DNA from: a virus
Virus record (IMG/VR): IMGVR_UViG_3300033145_001156
Location: 41,623 to 105,622 of that record
Length of the DNA stretch: 64,000 nucleotides
Direction: 5' to 3' (one strand)
Part shown: one piece after another, positions 28,942 through 38,568 of the stretch
How positions within the stretch are numbered: the first letter of the stretch is position 1
Layout of the letters: each line of letters begins with the position of its first letter
Notes under the pieces: generated by a model
The model's input: only the letters and a program-made list of their open reading frames with translations
Databases searched by the model: none
What the model was told of the DNA's origin: nothing
Made by a program: the position numbers and the translations under genes

Positions 28942-29331
28942 ATGTATGAAGTAGATAAGAAGATGTTCGAGCAGTTGGCTGCCCTAGAGCACGACCGGTG
29001 GTCGAGGTGGATGAAGTACATGTTTGCTAACCTGACAATGGAGAACCTGGTGCGGTGGAAGCGGCAGATGGACACGCATTACAGGAATTTGTCAGAAGCT
29101 GAGAAGGAGAGCGACAGGAAGGAAGTGCGTCGGACTTTGGAGATTCTAAAGACAGATGTTGTGCGTAAATGGGAACCGTGGATGTCTGAGGGAGAATATT
29201 GTGCTAGTTGTGGCGGGTACACTTCAGAACCCTGTTTTCATGAGGGCAAGCCGTATTGTAGGGGCCACTTGCCTGGGACCAAAGAGGAGGAAGAACGACA
29301 CAAGGCGTATTTTGAGGGGCGGGAGGGATGA
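28942..29331 (+). CDS. hypothetical protein (EHDRW..W; LSEAEKESDR)
   Basis: GGAGG RBS. Confidence 0.6.
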   Translation: MYEVDKKMFEQLAALEHDRWSRWMKYMFANLTMENLVRWKRQMDTHYRNLSEAEKESDRKEVRRTLEILKTDVVRKWEPWMSEGEYCASCGGYTSEPCFHEGKPYCRGHLPGTKEEEERHKAYFEGREG

Positions 29332-29543
29332 TGAGCATCACTGCCGTGGATGAGGGTTGCAGGTATTGCGGGGGCTACCACGCAGGAACGTGCCTGATGA
29401 TCGAGGAGATTGAGTACTATCCCGACGGCTCGGTCAAGAGGGTGAAGCTGCGGCCTCAATTCGGGGGAGTTTATCACAGTGGACCAGAGGTGAACGTGAC
29501 GTGGGTGTCAGATGACGTTGCCGAGGAGGACTCTGATGGCTAG
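29328..29543 (+). CDS. small hypothetical protein (CRYCG..H...C, IEYYPDGSVKRV)
   Basis: Coupled, GGGAGG RBS. Confidence 0.55.
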   Translation: MMSITAVDEGCRYCGGYHAGTCLMIEEIEYYPDGSVKRVKLRPQFGGVYHSGPEVNVTWVSDDVAEEDSDG

Positions 29544-29642
29544 AGACTGGGTTCCGGCGGCGTTCTACATCGCGGGGGGGATCGCCATCTTGACAGGTGT
29601 CGGGCTGATTCTCATGGGAATAGCATACAGGGTGCGATACCT

Positions 29643-29984
29643 ATGTACGTGATCGTGTATTGCGGGTACGAGGGACTGGACAGGGTGCTGTGGGCCGGGG
29701 AGGAGGGGGCCGGGGAAGCCTGCCTCCGCATCCGGAAGCGCATCGTCGACAACCTGGAGCGTGTCGGCCTTCCCCCGAGGCCTGATGAAGACGACGAGGG
29801 CTGGAGCGCCGCACTGGACGAATGGTACGAGATGAAGGAGAAGGTCCGGGATATCATGAGCTGGCCCTGGTGGAGCATGGATGATCCCGACAGGGTGTGC
29901 GTGATGAAGGACGTCGGGGACTTCGAGTACAGGTGCTGCTGCGAGGAGCTGGGTGTCGGGACGGAGAAGGAGTGGCTGTATTGA
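29643..29984 (+). CDS. hypothetical protein
   Basis: Coupled to the next gene. Confidence 0.55.
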   Translation: MYVIVYCGYEGLDRVLWAGEEGAGEACLRIRKRIVDNLERVGLPPRPDEDDEGWSAALDEWYEMKEKVRDIMSWPWWSMDDPDRVCVMKDVGDFEYRCCCEELGVGTEKEWLY

Positions 29985-30775
29985 GCAAGATCGAGGCGTT
30001 GATCAGGCTGCTGGAGGACGTGAGGTACAGGAGCAGGTACCGCAAGTCCACCGACCGGTACAAGACCGAGCTCCAGAAGACCTACGAGGAGTGGTACAGG
30101 GGACTCGCCAAGGACCTAGAGAAGGAGGAGAGCGAGGTCAAGCGCCGCAAGCTATCTGAGGCGGCTCTGCTCGTGCTCCTGATGGATCTCAAGAAGTTGG
30201 GCAGGGAGCGGCTGGAAGAGGCATACATGCAGTCTATAGAGGCCGTCGACATAACGCCAGAGATGGTGGACGAGATGGAGTTCATCATCGCCAGCAACGA
30301 CGAGTACCTGGAAGACTCCCTGATGCCCGCCCTCAGGGAGAGGATCGAGAAGAACGTCACGTCCGAGATATGGTTCGCCGGGCTAGCCGCCATACTGGGG
30401 ACGTTCACGGGGTTCACCGCGAGGGTCGGGCTGTACGCAGGAGCGTATTGGAACGCGATATGGAAAGGGGCCGCACAGAAACATAAAGTTCAGAATCGCG
30501 AGGAATGGCAGGTGCTCTGGCTAAAAGATCCCAGGGCTCAGCATTGTAAAAGTTGTTTGGAGTTCGCTGGAGCCTATGTCCATTATGATGCGATGCTAGT
30601 AGTGACTGGCGGGGCGACACCGTCGCATTTGGTTGACTGTAATGGTAACTGCCGATGTCTGCTCCTGACACGTTCCGGCCCTGAGATGGACTGGGTCGTG
30701 ATGGGTTCCGGGGGCGTCACGGAGAGCATGAGGGAGAAGAGAGAGGAGATAACGTGGCAGAGTGGCGCAAGGTAG
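29981..30775 (+). CDS. minor head / MuF-like head morphogenesis protein
   Basis: Helical N-terminus then W....AQHCKSC...P....CNGNCRC; between portal and protease. Confidence 0.7.
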   Translation: MSKIEALIRLLEDVRYRSRYRKSTDRYKTELQKTYEEWYRGLAKDLEKEESEVKRRKLSEAALLVLLMDLKKLGRERLEEAYMQSIEAVDITPEMVDEMEFIIASNDEYLEDSLMPALRERIEKNVTSEIWFAGLAAILGTFTGFTARVGLYAGAYWNAIWKGAAQKHKVQNREEWQVLWLKDPRAQHCKSCLEFAGAYVHYDAMLVVTGGATPSHLVDCNGNCRCLLLTRSGPEMDWVVMGSGGVTESMREKREEITWQSGAR

Positions 30776-31167
30776 AAGAGTTCGCGGACGACCTGGCTGA
30801 GCGCATATACGCATTGGAGGCGCTCCAGGCCGTGCTGCCGATGAGCGACGAAGAGTTCCTGGAGATGGGGCGCAGGCTACAACGGGCCATCGATCGAGAG
30901 TATCAAAAGGTAACTGGCCAATACATAGTCTCCGACCATCTCAAGCTCCACCGGTTCAGGCTGGAGCTGGACGTGGAGGGCGACTGGGGCCTGCTGGCTA
31001 GGGGAATCGTCAGGATGATCCTGGACTGGGAAGCAGGGCTGAGTTGCGAGCCTGCTGCCCTGGAGGGCTACGGGACGCCTTCGCTCATGCTCCGCGTTCC
31101 CGACACGGGGGAGACGAGGATGGGCTGCAGGATCAAGGTGCGTCACTATTATGGGCTGAGGACATAA
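30754..31167 (+). CDS. hypothetical protein
   Basis: GAGGAG RBS. Confidence 0.55.
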   Translation: MAEWRKVEEFADDLAERIYALEALQAVLPMSDEEFLEMGRRLQRAIDREYQKVTGQYIVSDHLKLHRFRLELDVEGDWGLLARGIVRMILDWEAGLSCEPAALEGYGTPSLMLRVPDTGETRMGCRIKVRHYYGLRT

Positions 31168-31168
31168 C

Positions 31169-31618
31169 GTGGAAGAGATGACTTGCAGCGATGAGGAGTT
31201 CCCTGCCATAACCGTAGATGTCTTGGATGCGCTGGTGCGAGAACTGAAGGAGCGGATGCCTTCTGAGGGGTTGTATCTCACGAACTGGGGCAACGAAGGG
31301 TATACCTTGCCGAGCGATGACCACGTCGTGCCTCGGCGCTGGCTAGCTGACATGGGCGAGGATGAGCGAGAAGGAATAGAAGCATGGCACACATGGACTT
31401 TGAGGCGGGATTACAAAGAGAGGTGGGCAAAGATGGCGAGGATAGACGTGAGGAGCAGCATAGAGGAGCAGTTGGGGGCGATGACGCAGGACGACGTGGA
31501 CAGGTTCTGCAACATAGCCAACTTAGCCAAGATGACCACAGAGGAGTTTGGGGAGTGGTTCGAAGACTGGTCGCTGGAGGGGCTGGCGCAATTACTGACT
31601 GCGAGGATAGCAGAATGA
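31169..31618 (+). CDS. hypothetical protein
   Basis: Abuts previous ORF. Confidence 0.55.
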   Translation: MEEMTCSDEEFPAITVDVLDALVRELKERMPSEGLYLTNWGNEGYTLPSDDHVVPRRWLADMGEDEREGIEAWHTWTLRRDYKERWAKMARIDVRSSIEEQLGAMTQDDVDRFCNIANLAKMTTEEFGEWFEDWSLEGLAQLLTARIAE

Positions 31619-31851
31619 TATGTGCGGTCTGCGGGCGCGAGGACAAGTTTGACTTCCACGTGCTAGACACGGTGTGGATATGCGTGGTGCCGGAAGAGTG
31701 GTGGGATGAACACGTCTGCCTGAGCTGCTTCGACGAGTTGGCGTTCAAGAAGAGCTACAGGTACACCATCAAGGTGTTGTACTTCGACGGGCATCGACAG
31801 CCGATCACGTTCACGGCCCGGGAAGGGATAATCGAGGAGGAGAGAGGATGA
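31615..31851 (+). CDS. small zinc-finger protein
   Basis: CAVC...VCLSCFD; ATGA overlap. Confidence 0.55.
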   Translation: MICAVCGREDKFDFHVLDTVWICVVPEEWWDEHVCLSCFDELAFKKSYRYTIKVLYFDGHRQPITFTAREGIIEEERG

Positions 31852-32156
31852 CTGCTATCAACACGGAATTTGAAACCATGGAATTCAGGGTACAACCGCC
31901 AGAACAGAGGGAGAGAAAGGGGATAGATATCAAAAGGCTGTTCGCGAAGCTATGGTCACTCCAATACCCGAAACGGTATCGTGAAGACTTCATGTACTGC
32001 TGGGAGCAGTGGCGATACACGGATTGGCCAGAAAGCGGCCTATGGTGGGCTTGCCAAGTGTTCGGAGAGTATGTCTATCCCGGTTGGACTTATAGCGATG
32101 AAGAGCGTGAGATCCTTGAGCAGCAGAGAACGGCAAGACAAGAGGCGCAGGCCTGA
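31848..32156 (+). CDS. hypothetical protein
   Basis: GAGGAGG RBS. Confidence 0.55.
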   Translation: MTAINTEFETMEFRVQPPEQRERKGIDIKRLFAKLWSLQYPKRYREDFMYCWEQWRYTDWPESGLWWACQVFGEYVYPGWTYSDEEREILEQQRTARQEAQA

Positions 32157-32171
32157 AGAAGGGGGAAGGGA

Positions 32172-32348
32172 ATGATTTGGCAAGTAGTTGACGTTGTGGC
32201 GTTGTGGGTTGGGAGGGCCGTGCTGGGTCTGATGGTGCTGACGGTGGCGACCATCCTCGTGGGCATGTTCGCCATCGGGTTCCAGGTCGTCCGGAAGGGC
32301 GCGCGGGACGCGTGGCGGGCCATCAAAGTCGCACGGAAGGGCAAATGA
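32172..32348 (+). CDS. small membrane protein
   Basis: 58 aa, long hydrophobic stretch and basic tail; read from sequence (below ORF-track cutoff). Confidence 0.5.
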   Translation: MIWQVVDVVALWVGRAVLGLMVLTVATILVGMFAIGFQVVRKGARDAWRAIKVARKGK

Positions 32349-32614
32349 GGGTAGTCGGGGACCTGGCAGTCGACGAGGAAGGCTACATGTACTTCAGGAT
32401 ATGCACCACGCATGGCTGGACGCCCGGGCGGAACAAGCTGTGCCGGGTGGGCGGCGGCATGGTGTTCTTCTGGGACGACTACATCGGGGTCGAGAGGGGG
32501 TTCCCCATCGGGGAGTTCGTGGAATGGCTGAGAGAGGTAGATGATGAAGTATCAGGAACCGGAGAAGCTGAGCGACAGCAAGCTGAAGGCGTACCACTGG
32601 TGGCTGCATTCTAG
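32345..32614 (+). CDS. hypothetical protein
   Basis: ATGA overlap with previous ORF. Confidence 0.45.
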   Translation: MRVVGDLAVDEEGYMYFRICTTHGWTPGRNKLCRVGGGMVFFWDDYIGVERGFPIGEFVEWLREVDDEVSGTGEAERQQAEGVPLVAAF

Positions 32615-33617
32615 GTACAGCCGGGAGGACGTGAGTAGGAAGGAGGTCGCCAGGAGGCACACCGAGGCTGTCAGGGTGATGGAGGCCCGCGGGGTGAAGC
32701 ATCCCAGGCAGGACAAGCTGGATAGAGCGACGGTGGACGACTTTGCGCGAAGACGTGAAGGCGGGCCAGGAAAGGGTCGGAGAAGTCCTGTGAAAGATGA
32801 AGACCAGAATGAGGCCGAGCCAGGCAGGGAGACACAGGACTTTGCGCAAAGTTTGGAGGAGTCGCATAGTCGGAGCAAGTGCATGAGGTGTGACGAACCG
32901 CCGGTAGTGGATGTCCAGTGGGCCGACGGTCGTGGGAGGGCGTGGTTCTGCCTGCCGTGCTTCAGGGAATGGATCAAGGGAGAATATGAAGGAGACGACA
33001 GGGAGATAGTCAGGGCGTTCCACGTCCTCGACGGGGAGGTCCCGAAGAAGATAGGGGATGGAGAGCAGGTTAAGAAGCTAGGTGACCAATTGAAGGACAA
33101 GGAGATAGCTGAGCGCATCGAGAAGTTGACAGGGATGGAGGAGGCGCGGCGGCTGGACGACACCTACAAGCCCGAATACTTCGAGAAGTGGATGGACTGG
33201 GACAGGCACGTGCGCGCGTGGAATGCGATAAAGCCGCACCTGAGGGGGCAGTCGTTCCTGGACGTGGGCTGCGGGATGGGGTTCGCGCTGTCGCAGCTGA
33301 GGCAGGCGGGCTACAGGGTGAGGGGAACGGAAGTGAGTCCGTGGGCCATAGGGTTCTGCGCCGCGCTGGGGATCAGGGTGGACAGGGCCAGCGCTACCAA
33401 GCTGCCCTACGAGGACGGATCGTTCGACACCGTGTTCTCGATGTTCCTGCTGGACGACGTCCCCGGGAAGGCCGTCGAGGAGTCAATCAGGGTCGCGAGG
33501 ATGAGGGCGGTGCACCTGGTCCCCGACGTGGAGAAGTGGGCGGGGGGGGAGCTGGCGGACGGGTTCCGGGTGCTGGTACACGACAAGTCGGCGGCGAAGT
33601 CCGGGCAGGAAGCGTGA
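32541..33617 (+). CDS. multidomain protein with C-terminal class I SAM methyltransferase
   Basis: FLDVGCGMG, GTEVS, LPYEDGSFDTV; N-terminal His-rich and CxxC domains. Confidence 0.8.
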   Translation: MMKYQEPEKLSDSKLKAYHWWLHSRYSREDVSRKEVARRHTEAVRVMEARGVKHPRQDKLDRATVDDFARRREGGPGKGRRSPVKDEDQNEAEPGRETQDFAQSLEESHSRSKCMRCDEPPVVDVQWADGRGRAWFCLPCFREWIKGEYEGDDREIVRAFHVLDGEVPKKIGDGEQVKKLGDQLKDKEIAERIEKLTGMEEARRLDDTYKPEYFEKWMDWDRHVRAWNAIKPHLRGQSFLDVGCGMGFALSQLRQAGYRVRGTEVSPWAIGFCAALGIRVDRASATKLPYEDGSFDTVFSMFLLDDVPGKAVEESIRVARMRAVHLVPDVEKWAGGELADGFRVLVHDKSAAKSGQEA

Positions 33618-33618
33618 T

Positions 33619-33646
33619 TTGACACAAGCCGTGGATTCACTATAAT
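33619..33646 (+). promoter_or_regulatory. sigma70-type promoter of the capsid operon
   Basis: TTGACA (33619-33624), 16 nt, TATAAT (33641-33646). Confidence 0.75.
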
Positions 33647-33705
33647 ATGATTAGCAAGCGGATAATGCGGGGATGACCCGCTACAACTGAATAGATACTA
33701 TCGCG

Positions 33706-33742
33706 AGGCCGGAGAGCCCTTTTCTCCGGCCTTTTGCGTTTT
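33706..33742 (+). terminator. intrinsic terminator/attenuator in the capsid-operon leader
   Basis: Stem AGGCCGGAGA/TCTCCGGCCT, 7-nt loop, TTTGCGTTTT tail, just before the RBS of 33753. Confidence 0.65.
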
Positions 33743-33752
33743 GGAGGTGGAC

Positions 33753-34070
33753 ATGTACAAGTACGGCGTCCCGTTCAGGGAGGCCAAGATGAAGACTGTC
33801 GACGGCATAAAAATGCCAGCTTCGGCTTTCCTCTACGTTCCCGACCCGGAACTTCCCAGCACGTGGAGGCTGCCGATCCGGGACAAGGACGGGAAGATGA
33901 CCGCCAAGCAGTTGGGCATGGCGGCTGCGGCGCTGGGGCCCGGGTTCAGGGGGCAGAGGGTCGAGCTCCCCGCCGGGGCGAGGAAGGCTGCGGCAAGGAA
34001 GCTGATCGGGTTGTACAGGAAGCTGGACAAGGAACCACCCCCATATCTCAAGAAGATAGGAGGTGGATGA
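33753..34070 (+). CDS. small head-associated protein (AFLYVPDPE.PSTW.L...AAAAL.PGFRG)
   Basis: GGAGG RBS; domain recognised from phage protease/scaffold loci. Confidence 0.65.
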   Translation: MYKYGVPFREAKMKTVDGIKMPASAFLYVPDPELPSTWRLPIRDKDGKMTAKQLGMAAAALGPGFRGQRVELPAGARKAAARKLIGLYRKLDKEPPPYLKKIGGG

Positions 34071-35419
34071 TGCCGTGGGTTTTGAGTGACGTAGATAAGC
34101 ATAAGGCAGGGTTGAGCAAGAAGCAGAAGGAGTTATGGCTGAAGGTAGCCAACCCGGCGCGGGAGCGGTGCCTCGGCAAGATCGAGGGGACGCCCAGCAA
34201 GGAGCAGATCAAGAAGTGCGAGGGCAGCGCCATCCGGCAGGCCAATGCGGTCGTGGGAGGCAAGGTGAGCGAGGTGCAGATATGCGAGGCGTCGCCCAGC
34301 CACGAGATCTACCTGACTGAGAAGGAGGGTAGGAAGTGGCGGGTGGGCCTCATAGACGAGGGGATGTCGGGCAACCGACGCCTCTATACCGGGGAAGTGC
34401 TTCGGGAGGCGGTCAATCTTTTCGAGGGGGCCCCGAGTTTCGCAGACCATCCCACCACCGACGAGGAGGCTGAGAGGCCGGAGCGCAGCATCCGCGACAA
34501 GATGGGCGTGTTCGAGAACCCCGTCTGGGAATCCGACGGAATCAAGGCGGACTTCATACCGATAGATCCCTGGCTACGTGAAGTCATGCTGACGAGCTTC
34601 AACGAGGGTGTCCCGGACTTCGTGCAGTTCTCGATAAACGCCAAGGGGCTCGCGGAGAGCGAGAAAGACGCCCACGGGAAGTACCAAAACGTCACGCGGA
34701 TACTGAGCGTGCAGTCCGTGGACGTCGTGACGCAGGCCGCGGCTGGCGGGAAGGTGATAGAACTACTGGCGTCCCAGAAAGAGGATGCTGAAATCGAGGA
34801 GGAGAGGATGATAGACTGGAAAGAGTTGACTGTCAAGGAGCTCGCGGACAACTGTCCGGAACTCCTGGAGTCGATACGTGTAGAAGAGAAAGCGAAAGCC
34901 TACGGCGAGAAGGAGGAGCTGTTCGCGCTCCAGGAGACCATCAAGGGGCTGGAGGACGATAAGGTCACCCTGGAGGCCGAGAAGACGGCCCTGGGCGAGA
35001 AGATCGCGGGCCTCGAGGGCGAGAAGGCAGAGCTCGAGGGGGCGGTCAGCAAGATGACCGTGAGCGCCCGGATGGTGGAGGCTTCGAACGTCGTGGTCCA
35101 GAAGATCGCCGAGGCGGAACTCCCGGACGTGACGAGGAAGAAGCTGACGAAGCTCTTCGAGGTCACCGTGGAGGCGTACGCCAAGGACGGATCGGAGGAG
35201 GCTGGTGCGAAGCTGGAGCAGGTCATCACCGACGCCATCGAGGCCGAGAGGGTGTACCTGGACGAGCTGATGAAGCAGCCCGAGATCACGGGCATGGGCA
35301 AGACGGAGAAGGAAGGCCTGACGATGGGGGACGCGAAGACGAAGCTGAAGGAGGCGTTCATGAGGCATGGCCACTCCGAGGAGGAAGCGGAGGAAATGGC
35401 AGGAGGCAGGAATGGCTAA
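34067..35419 (+). CDS. prohead protease (T4 gp21-like) with ChaB-like N-terminus and C-terminal coiled-coil scaffold
   Basis: GNRRLY..EVL.EAV, ADHP, FSINAKG, SVDVV..AAAGG; AGGAGG RBS before ATG 34067. Confidence 0.8.
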   Translation: MMPWVLSDVDKHKAGLSKKQKELWLKVANPARERCLGKIEGTPSKEQIKKCEGSAIRQANAVVGGKVSEVQICEASPSHEIYLTEKEGRKWRVGLIDEGMSGNRRLYTGEVLREAVNLFEGAPSFADHPTTDEEAERPERSIRDKMGVFENPVWESDGIKADFIPIDPWLREVMLTSFNEGVPDFVQFSINAKGLAESEKDAHGKYQNVTRILSVQSVDVVTQAAAGGKVIELLASQKEDAEIEEERMIDWKELTVKELADNCPELLESIRVEEKAKAYGEKEELFALQETIKGLEDDKVTLEAEKTALGEKIAGLEGEKAELEGAVSKMTVSARMVEASNVVVQKIAEAELPDVTRKKLTKLFEVTVEAYAKDGSEEAGAKLEQVITDAIEAERVYLDELMKQPEITGMGKTEKEGLTMGDAKTKLKEAFMRHGHSEEEAEEMAGGRNG

Positions 35420-36473
35420 GAACGAGTGTTGGAGCAAGGGCGGCGGATACGAGCTGCTCATGGAGGAAGTCAAGACAGACCACCCCGGGACTCTCGACAG
35501 CGGTGAGGCGTTCCGGGCGAGCGAGTTCACCGGCGTCGCGCTGGTGGACATAGCGGACGCTGGGAGCGGGACGATCACGCGCGCGATGGGTTTCGGGCTG
35601 ACGGTTGCTGCCACGGATGACGGCGGGGCGAGTGCCGTGGCGCTCGGGGATCCGCTGTACTACCACTCGGACGACGGGGCCGTCAACAAGGTCGTGAACG
35701 ACGGGTACTTCATCGGGTGGGCATGGGGCGTGGTGGCTTCTGGGTCAGCCGTCATCTGCGTGCTGCTGGACCAGGACCCGGACTACACCAGGTTCATGGA
35801 CGAGCAGCTCCTGGAGTTCGGCGACGGGGCGGGCACGAAGGAGGACGCGGGGGACGTGCAGATCTGGTTCGACCTGGCCGACCAGGATTTCATGGTCAGC
35901 AATTTACTAGCCGGGAGCGACGTCCGCATTGACACGACCGATGACGGTAGGATCGAGCTGAACAGCCATACTTACGGGGCCACCATCCCGAACTGGGAAG
36001 GTATAGTGCGGGTTAATCCTACGTTTGGCACGGCTAATCCGGCTCTTGACGTGTGCACGTTCAACGTGCAGCCATTAGTGCTTGATACCGTTACTGGTAC
36101 CAACATTATTGGTTCGCAGAGCGACATCTACATAAATGGTGGAGTTGGTGATTGGTCGGGAGTGATGCGCGCTGGTCAGTTCCAGGTCACGGATGATGCT
36201 GTTGCTGGGCGTACAATCGCTGGGCCGGTCATGATGATCAGAACATGGCAGCAGTTGATCGCCACAGTGACTAACGGCGTGTATGCTATCTACTCAGACA
36301 TAGCAACTGGAGGCACTGGATATACAGCATGGCTGTGGGTGGGCGACGACGGCGGACAGCAGGCTGACTTGGCATCTGCGGTAAGCGCTACAGTTATTGC
36401 AGTTGTCACTTGCGAAGTGGATGGGGCTGCTGTGGGTTACATCCCGGTCTATGACGGATACACACCTGCATAA
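35412..36473 (+). CDS. capsid cement/decoration protein (DUF2190-like) with long C-terminal extension
   Basis: TGVALVD, ALGDPLYY, FIGWA...ICVLL; between scaffold and MCP. Confidence 0.65.
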   Translation: MAKNECWSKGGGYELLMEEVKTDHPGTLDSGEAFRASEFTGVALVDIADAGSGTITRAMGFGLTVAATDDGGASAVALGDPLYYHSDDGAVNKVVNDGYFIGWAWGVVASGSAVICVLLDQDPDYTRFMDEQLLEFGDGAGTKEDAGDVQIWFDLADQDFMVSNLLAGSDVRIDTTDDGRIELNSHTYGATIPNWEGIVRVNPTFGTANPALDVCTFNVQPLVLDTVTGTNIIGSQSDIYINGGVGDWSGVMRAGQFQVTDDAVAGRTIAGPVMMIRTWQQLIATVTNGVYAIYSDIATGGTGYTAWLWVGDDGGQQADLASAVSATVIAVVTCEVDGAAVGYIPVYDGYTPA

Positions 36474-36510
36474 CCTAAGTTGATTTGACGTAAACTGAAA
36501 GGGGGGCATC

Positions 36511-36792
36511 GTGCCCAAGGATAAAGACACCAAAACCACGATGAAGGGGCTCGCTTTGAGTGAGGAGCAGAAGAAGGTGGTGGCCGAGCTGCAGAAGTTC
36601 AAGCAGAGGCTCCAGCGGGAGCAGCAGAAGGCCGCCACGATTCAGGACCAGCTCTCTCGACAGGTGGGCGTAATAGCTGAGGTGACGGGGGTCGTCAAGT
36701 ATCTGAGGGCGCAGATGCCTTCTCCCGAAGAGATGACGGGGGAAGTGACCTTGGGCGAGAAGATCTCGCTCAGGGAACCTAAAACTGAATAG
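36511..36792 (+). CDS. small coiled-coil protein
   Basis: AAGGGGG RBS. Confidence 0.55.
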   Translation: MPKDKDTKTTMKGLALSEEQKKVVAELQKFKQRLQREQQKAATIQDQLSRQVGVIAEVTGVVKYLRAQMPSPEEMTGEVTLGEKISLREPKTE

Positions 36793-36862
36793 CATCGAGA
36801 TACCAGATACATCGTAGACACATCGCGGCCCTCGGAAGACAAGACACTTACACCATAGGAGG

Positions 36863-38038
36863 GTGAACATGAGTGGAGTATTGAAACTGATCGAGAACCT
36901 GGACATCCAGCGAGCGGCGATCCACAAGACGTACGACAAGGACGGCGTAAACCTCCGCAGGCGTTGGAACAGTCCGGAGTGGAACAACAAGGTCGCGGAC
37001 TTCGTGAACCTGTGGGCGGACGTTGAGCAGGGCATCCGACCCAACTGGTACCTGAGAGAAGTCCTGACCACGAGTGACTTCCCGATGCTGTTCGGGGACG
37101 TCCTGGACAGGCGGCTCCTGGCTGCCTACCGGCGCGCCCCGGCGACGTGGCGGGACTACATCAGGACCGACACCGTGCGGGACTTCCGCCAGGTGAAGCG
37201 GTTCGACATCAACACCGGCTCGAGGGTCTTGGACCCGGTGGCCGAGAAGGGCGAGTACACCCCGATCGTCAACAACGAGGGTGAGTACGACTACACGGTC
37301 GGGAAGTACGGCAACCAGAAGGACTACTCCTGGGAGGCCATCGTCAACGACGACTTGGGGGCGCTGAAGAGGGCTCCGGACGAGCTGGCGACGCTAGCGG
37401 CCAACACGGAGGCCTGGTTCGCGACGAGCCTGTTTTCGAATGCCGCGGCCTGGGCTTCAGCCTTCGGCGGGCTAGCATACACCGGCACGGCCAGGCTGGG
37501 GGTCGCGGCGCTGCAGCTGGGCATCACCACGATGCAGACCAGGACCGATCCCGGCGGAGCGCCGATCAACGCGAGGCCGATATGGCTGGTGGTCCCCCCG
37601 AACCTGGAGTTTCAGGCGAGGTCGATCCTCGAGTCCATCGAGCTGGACTGGGAAGGCGCGACGGTCGCCCCGTTGGGGGGCAACGCGTTCACCTACGGGA
37701 CTAAGAACGTCATCAGGGGCTACCTGAAGCTGAGGGTGAACGATTGGCTGCCCATCGTGGGGGCCAACGGCACGGAAGCATGGTACCTGTTCACCGACTA
37801 CAACAACATCCAGGCGATGGAAGTCGGGTTCCTGAGGGGCCACGAGACCCCGGAGGTGCGGATGAAGAGTTCCGATTCCGTGCTCCTGGGCGGCGGGCCT
37901 GTCAGCCCGATGGAGGGCACTTTCCTGGACGACGACGTGGTCTACAGGGTCCGGATGATCATCGGCGGGACCCGGATGGACTGGCGCGGCGCGTACGCTT
38001 CCAACGGTACGGCGGCACAGCCTTCGATCCCTGCGTAA
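36863..38038 (+). CDS. major capsid protein, Mu gpT-like
   Basis: TTSDFP.L, VRDFR, KYG...SWEAIVNDDLGAL, LVVPP.LE, EVGFLRG.ETP, YRVR, DWRG. Confidence 0.9.
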   Translation: MNMSGVLKLIENLDIQRAAIHKTYDKDGVNLRRRWNSPEWNNKVADFVNLWADVEQGIRPNWYLREVLTTSDFPMLFGDVLDRRLLAAYRRAPATWRDYIRTDTVRDFRQVKRFDINTGSRVLDPVAEKGEYTPIVNNEGEYDYTVGKYGNQKDYSWEAIVNDDLGALKRAPDELATLAANTEAWFATSLFSNAAAWASAFGGLAYTGTARLGVAALQLGITTMQTRTDPGGAPINARPIWLVVPPNLEFQARSILESIELDWEGATVAPLGGNAFTYGTKNVIRGYLKLRVNDWLPIVGANGTEAWYLFTDYNNIQAMEVGFLRGHETPEVRMKSSDSVLLGGGPVSPMEGTFLDDDVVYRVRMIIGGTRMDWRGAYASNGTAAQPSIPA

Positions 38039-38044
38039 ACACTT

Positions 38045-38066
38045 GAGGGGGCCTCGCGGCCCCCTC
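38045..38066. terminator. GC-rich hairpin after MCP (no U-tail)
   Basis: GAGGGGGCC-TCGC-GGCCCCCTC. Confidence 0.45.
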
Positions 38067-38082
38067 TGAAGGAGAGGAGAAT

Positions 38083-38565
38083 ATGGCGAGAGGAGCACTT
38101 GGCGTCCAGCCGCCGGACAGTTTCACGCGGCAGGCAGCGAGGGCACTAGCGGTGCTGCCCCCTGCCGGGGCATACGACGCTGCGCCCCTGGAACTCGAAT
38201 CGGGGCTCATGAAGTGGGTGACGCTGAGCGTCACGTACATCCGGGGGGCGGTGAACGGGGCGGTCGACCTCATGATAGAAACCAGCCCCTACAACCAAGC
38301 TGCTGAAGTGCCTGCGGGAGCGCAGGAATGGTTCACTTCGACGCTCTACGTCGCTGGGGCACCACCGCCCGCGCCAGTGGGCAGCGACGTCTATGAGGAG
38401 TTCATCACGTACACCTCCACCCTCGCCACGAATGCGTACACCTACGGACCTATACGGCTCGGGGGGACCATACCTAGGCTGAAGGTGTCCTGCAGGGAGA
38501 GCGGGGTCGTGGGGACCCCGGGGACTTGCCACATAGTAGCGTACTTTGCACCTTATGGAGCGTGA
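38083..38565 (+). CDS. putative virion structural protein
   Basis: RBS; position after MCP; beta-rich. Confidence 0.6.
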   Translation: MARGALGVQPPDSFTRQAARALAVLPPAGAYDAAPLELESGLMKWVTLSVTYIRGAVNGAVDLMIETSPYNQAAEVPAGAQEWFTSTLYVAGAPPPAPVGSDVYEEFITYTSTLATNAYTYGPIRLGGTIPRLKVSCRESGVVGTPGTCHIVAYFAPYGA

Positions 38566-38568
38566 TAA

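Noticed and set aside
33734-34066. 561-aa version of the protease ORF starting at 33734
   Set aside because: The start lies within the terminator tail and overlaps the real ORF 33753..34070; ATG 34067 has a strong RBS
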